DNA of 64,000 bases from an uncultured archaeon (GTDB lineage Archaea > Asgardarchaeota > Lokiarchaeia > Sigyniarchaeales > SOKP01), in the NCBI GenBank assembly GCA_964486045.1, contig CAZALK010000001.1, forward strand, positions 920,837 to 984,836, read 5' to 3'. Shown one piece after another: positions 61,542 to 64,000 of this stretch. The notes below the pieces were generated by a model, which was not told the origin of the DNA, ran no database searches, and saw nothing but the letters and a program-made list of their open reading frames with translations. Made by a program: the position numbers and the translations under genes. Numbering within the stretch: the stretch's first letter is position 1; each line of letters starts with the position of its first letter.

Positions 61542-64000
61542 TTAGATTAATTTCTCGTATTCTTTAGATTTATTCGTAAGTCGTTTAACTTCCTTTGTCA
61601 TTTCATCTCCGCCTAGCTTAAATATTTCTGATGCTATTTTTGAAGATATTTTATATTTTTGAGAAGCTTCATTGTATTTTTCCTCTTTAGCTGCTAATTT
61701 TGCTTCTTTTTCAAGTTTGATCATTTTTTTCTTTAAATCTTCAATTTTTGTCAAGCGGATGAGTTCCTCTAGATCTTCTGATTCACCTAACAATTCCCAA
61801 TTTACAGCTATTTTAACAGCATTCTGTAAAATATTGATTGTCTTCTCATAATCCTCCTCTTTCTTCCCGGTTTTTGCTAGCTTTATTAAATTTTTAATCT
61901 CCTTTTTGGCAATTTTTATAGTGTCAATAACAGCCGCTCCTGGTTTTTCTTCAATAGGAGCAGATACAATTTCTTGTTCACTTAAGCTAACAAAATAAGC
62001 CTCTCTCTCGGCGGGACCCATTCGGGAAAGATCTTCTACTAATTTTTGTCTTTCTTCTTGGCTTAAATTGACTAAGCTGGCAACTTTTTGATTGATTAGA
62101 TCCATTTCTTGCTGGGAAATTGGTTGAACTTCTATAGCGCTTATTTCTATCGGTATCATTATTTTCTTGTCTCTTAATTCTTTTATTCCCATAAAAATTT
62201 CGGCTGTGTCTTTGTTTGTCTTTTCCGTTGCTTCTTTGAGAAGGGTCGCGATAAAGAAGAACTTTCTATCAGAAGTTTTCATTAAATTATTTGCTACTTT
62301 TAACACATCTCTAGAATGAGTATTCTTTAAGGCTTTTGCATTAGAGAATTCAAATGAGATTTCATGAGGCAAGATAATTGAAGTGTTCAATATCTCATCG
62401 ATTAGTATCCCAGATTCTCTGAATATATTCAATTGTCCTCTCCAATTAGGTAGCTCATTAATATAGGTTTTTTCAAATTCAATAATAAATTCCATCAAAT
62501 TTTTACGTAAGATTATTGATGGCTTTTTACTCAGTACCAAAGTTACCCTAATATATTCACCATCAGATAAGAGTAACATTTTATCACCATAAGTAATTTC
62601 GTTTAAAGTTTCCTGACATACCAGATCTTTACCAAAAGAGCATATAGCAGATATAAATCCGCTTATTAATTCGGGATCAATTAGATCTGAACCAAATGAC
62701 TTAAAGTAAACACATGTACCAGTTCCCTTATACAATACTAGAACATGTTCTAGATTAATAGCATCATCAAAAATTGTTTTTACTTCCTTCAAAACTCGTG
62801 CTTTCTCACGTTTTTTAGGAACAACCACTCCTCGGTATACTCCAATTGATCCACCACCTATCGCTAATGCTGCTCCAATAATTAATAAATAAGGTAGAAG
62901 ATCTTCGAAATTTAGACCTGTTGGAGGAGCCTTTACTGTAATATCAGAGATATCTAAAGTATCACCTAAATAATTGTAAACTTCTTGTATTTCAACCATA
63001 AGTGTCATATTTTTAGCGTCACTTCTTATTGTGATTTCAAACTCTACTTCACCGGTGCTATTAGTAGAAATTGGTGCAGTTGGATTTGTAGCAATTCCAT
63101 CAAAATATGGTGTTATTATACCATCTGTTCCTACTAAAACCAACCAATCTGAACCGTTATAATATTCTACTTTAAGAACTATTGTGAATGAATCCCCCGC
63201 AGTTATCTCAGTAGGTTTATTTACAACTGTGATTCTTGTTTCATATTTTGCTGCGATTCTTAATTTGAAACTCAATGTAGTCACATTATTACTACCTTTT
63301 CCCACTGTAATAAAAAATGTATAGTTGCCAGTAAGTAATTGGGATATGTTCAACGATCCAGAATGACTTGAAACTAATTCGGAAATCGAATGAAGTATTA
63401 CACCATTCTCACTCGTATCAATATTGGTGTAATTAATAATATAAGATAAACCAGCTCCTATTTGAATAATATTTCCAAAATTAGTATCTGTTATATTGAA
63501 TTCAATACCTACATTGCTTCCAATGAAAGTTTCATAAAAATTGTCTATACCTAATGATAATAGACCTCCTGGATTAGTTAATAATGTCATATTACTCTCT
63601 GCATAAACAATTCTTAAATTAAAATTAAGAGTGGAAACTATATTATTTGTTTTGTTAATAATAATGGTAATAGAGTAATTTCCAATTGAAAATGAGGAGA
63701 TATCTAAGCTCCCGGAATGACTTGAAGCTAATTCGGCAATAGAATGAAGTATTATACCATTATCACTAGTATCAATATTAGTATAATAAATAGTATAAGT
63801 ATTACCAGGCCCAATTTGAATAATGTTTCCAAAATTGGCATCTGTTGTATTGAATTCAATATTAATATCAGTTGCTACAGTAGGTTCATAAAATCCTCCC
63901 GCACCTGTAGGTGATAATTGACCCCCTAGGTTTGTTATCGATGTAATATTACTCTCTGCATAAACAATTCTTAAATTAAAATTAAGAGTGGAAACTATAT
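61542..64000 (-). CDS. Large single-pass surface protein: Ig-like repeats, TM helix, cytoplasmic longin/roadblock-like domain and helical tail (5' end beyond the window)
   Basis: The frame is open from 64000 through ATG 63590; ~119-aa beta-rich repeats with many N-x-S/T sequons; TM LLPYLLIIGAALAIGGGSIGVY then KKREK; LEHVLVLYKGTGTCVY..DPELISGFISAICSFGKDL. Confidence 0.8.
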   Translation of the reverse strand, partial: IVSTLNFNLRIVYAESNITSITNLGGQLSPTGAGGFYEPTVATDINIEFNTTDANFGNIIQIGPGNTYTIYYTNIDTSDNGIILHSIAELASSHSGSLDISSFSIGNYSITIIINKTNNIVSTLNFNLRIVYAESNMTLLTNPGGLLSLGIDNFYETFIGSNVGIEFNITDTNFGNIIQIGAGLSYIINYTNIDTSENGVILHSISELVSSHSGSLNISQLLTGNYTFFITVGKGSNNVTTLSFKLRIAAKYETRITVVNKPTEITAGDSFTIVLKVEYYNGSDWLVLVGTDGIITPYFDGIATNPTAPISTNSTGEVEFEITIRSDAKNMTLMVEIQEVYNYLGDTLDISDITVKAPPTGLNFEDLLPYLLIIGAALAIGGGSIGVYRGVVVPKKREKARVLKEVKTIFDDAINLEHVLVLYKGTGTCVYFKSFGSDLIDPELISGFISAICSFGKDLVCQETLNEITYGDKMLLLSDGEYIRVTLVLSKKPSIILRKNLMEFIIEFEKTYINELPNWRGQLNIFRESGILIDEILNTSIILPHEISFEFSNAKALKNTHSRDVLKVANNLMKTSDRKFFFIATLLKEATEKTNKDTAEIFMGIKELRDKKIMIPIEISAIEVQPISQQEMDLINQKVASLVNLSQEERQKLVEDLSRMGPAEREAYFVSLSEQEIVSAPIEEKPGAAVIDTIKIAKKEIKNLIKLAKTGKKEEDYEKTINILQNAVKIAVNWELLGESEDLEELIRLTKIEDLKKKMIKLEKEAKLAAKEEKYNEASQKYKISSKIASEIFKLGGDEMTKEVKRLTNKSKEYEKLI
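63591..64000 (-). repeat. Intragenic 357-bp period tandem repeat
   Basis: A 53-nt block at 63591-63643 is repeated identically at 63948-64000; the adjoining units encode similar peptides (IEFNxTDxNFGNIIQIG..YTNIDTSxNG.ILHSI.EL.SSHSGSL). Confidence 0.85.

Overview
AT-rich archaeal chromosomal segment, most consistent with an Asgard archaeon (Lokiarchaeia/Promethearchaeota-like). This is inferred from the archaeal-type PheRS, PPAT, DUF1512 and AOR, a RadA with Rad51-like motifs, a Vps29-like protein, an LRR protein and an Ig-repeat/TM/longin-like surface protein. Layout: (1) 1-20.1 kb glycan biosynthesis/modification island (PseB/PseC-like, epimerase, GMD, 3 radical SAM enzymes, 2 Gfo/Idh/MocA, 4 methyltransferases, GT2/GT4/CgeB-like GTs); (2) 20-29 kb bacterial-type rph, pheS-pheT-pheA, PPAT, DUF1512; (3) 29.5-44 kb AOR, acyl-CoA ligase, SCP2, HAD, ppdK, tyrS, ACD-alpha, Vps29-like, class V aminotransferase, SCP2-like, Fe-ADH; (4) a frameshifted LRR gene with about 22 repeats; (5) hutU-hutH-hutI plus formiminotransferase; (6) a decayed mobile-element-like island at 52.5-55 kb (T5orf172 GIY-YIG, HEPN pseudogene, NYN); (7) U32 protein, aspartokinase, PGI-like, RadA with an N-terminal Zn-finger plus acidic tandem repeat, a small wHTH gene missed by the ORF track, and a receptor-like surface protein cut by the window edge. 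The most unusual signal is that at least five genes appear to initiate at near-cognate codons (ATA, ATT, ATT, ATC, CTG) lying 6-8 nt behind Shine-Dalgarno motifs. No tRNA, rRNA or CRISPR array was recognised. All calls come from motif reading by eye; no database searches were run.
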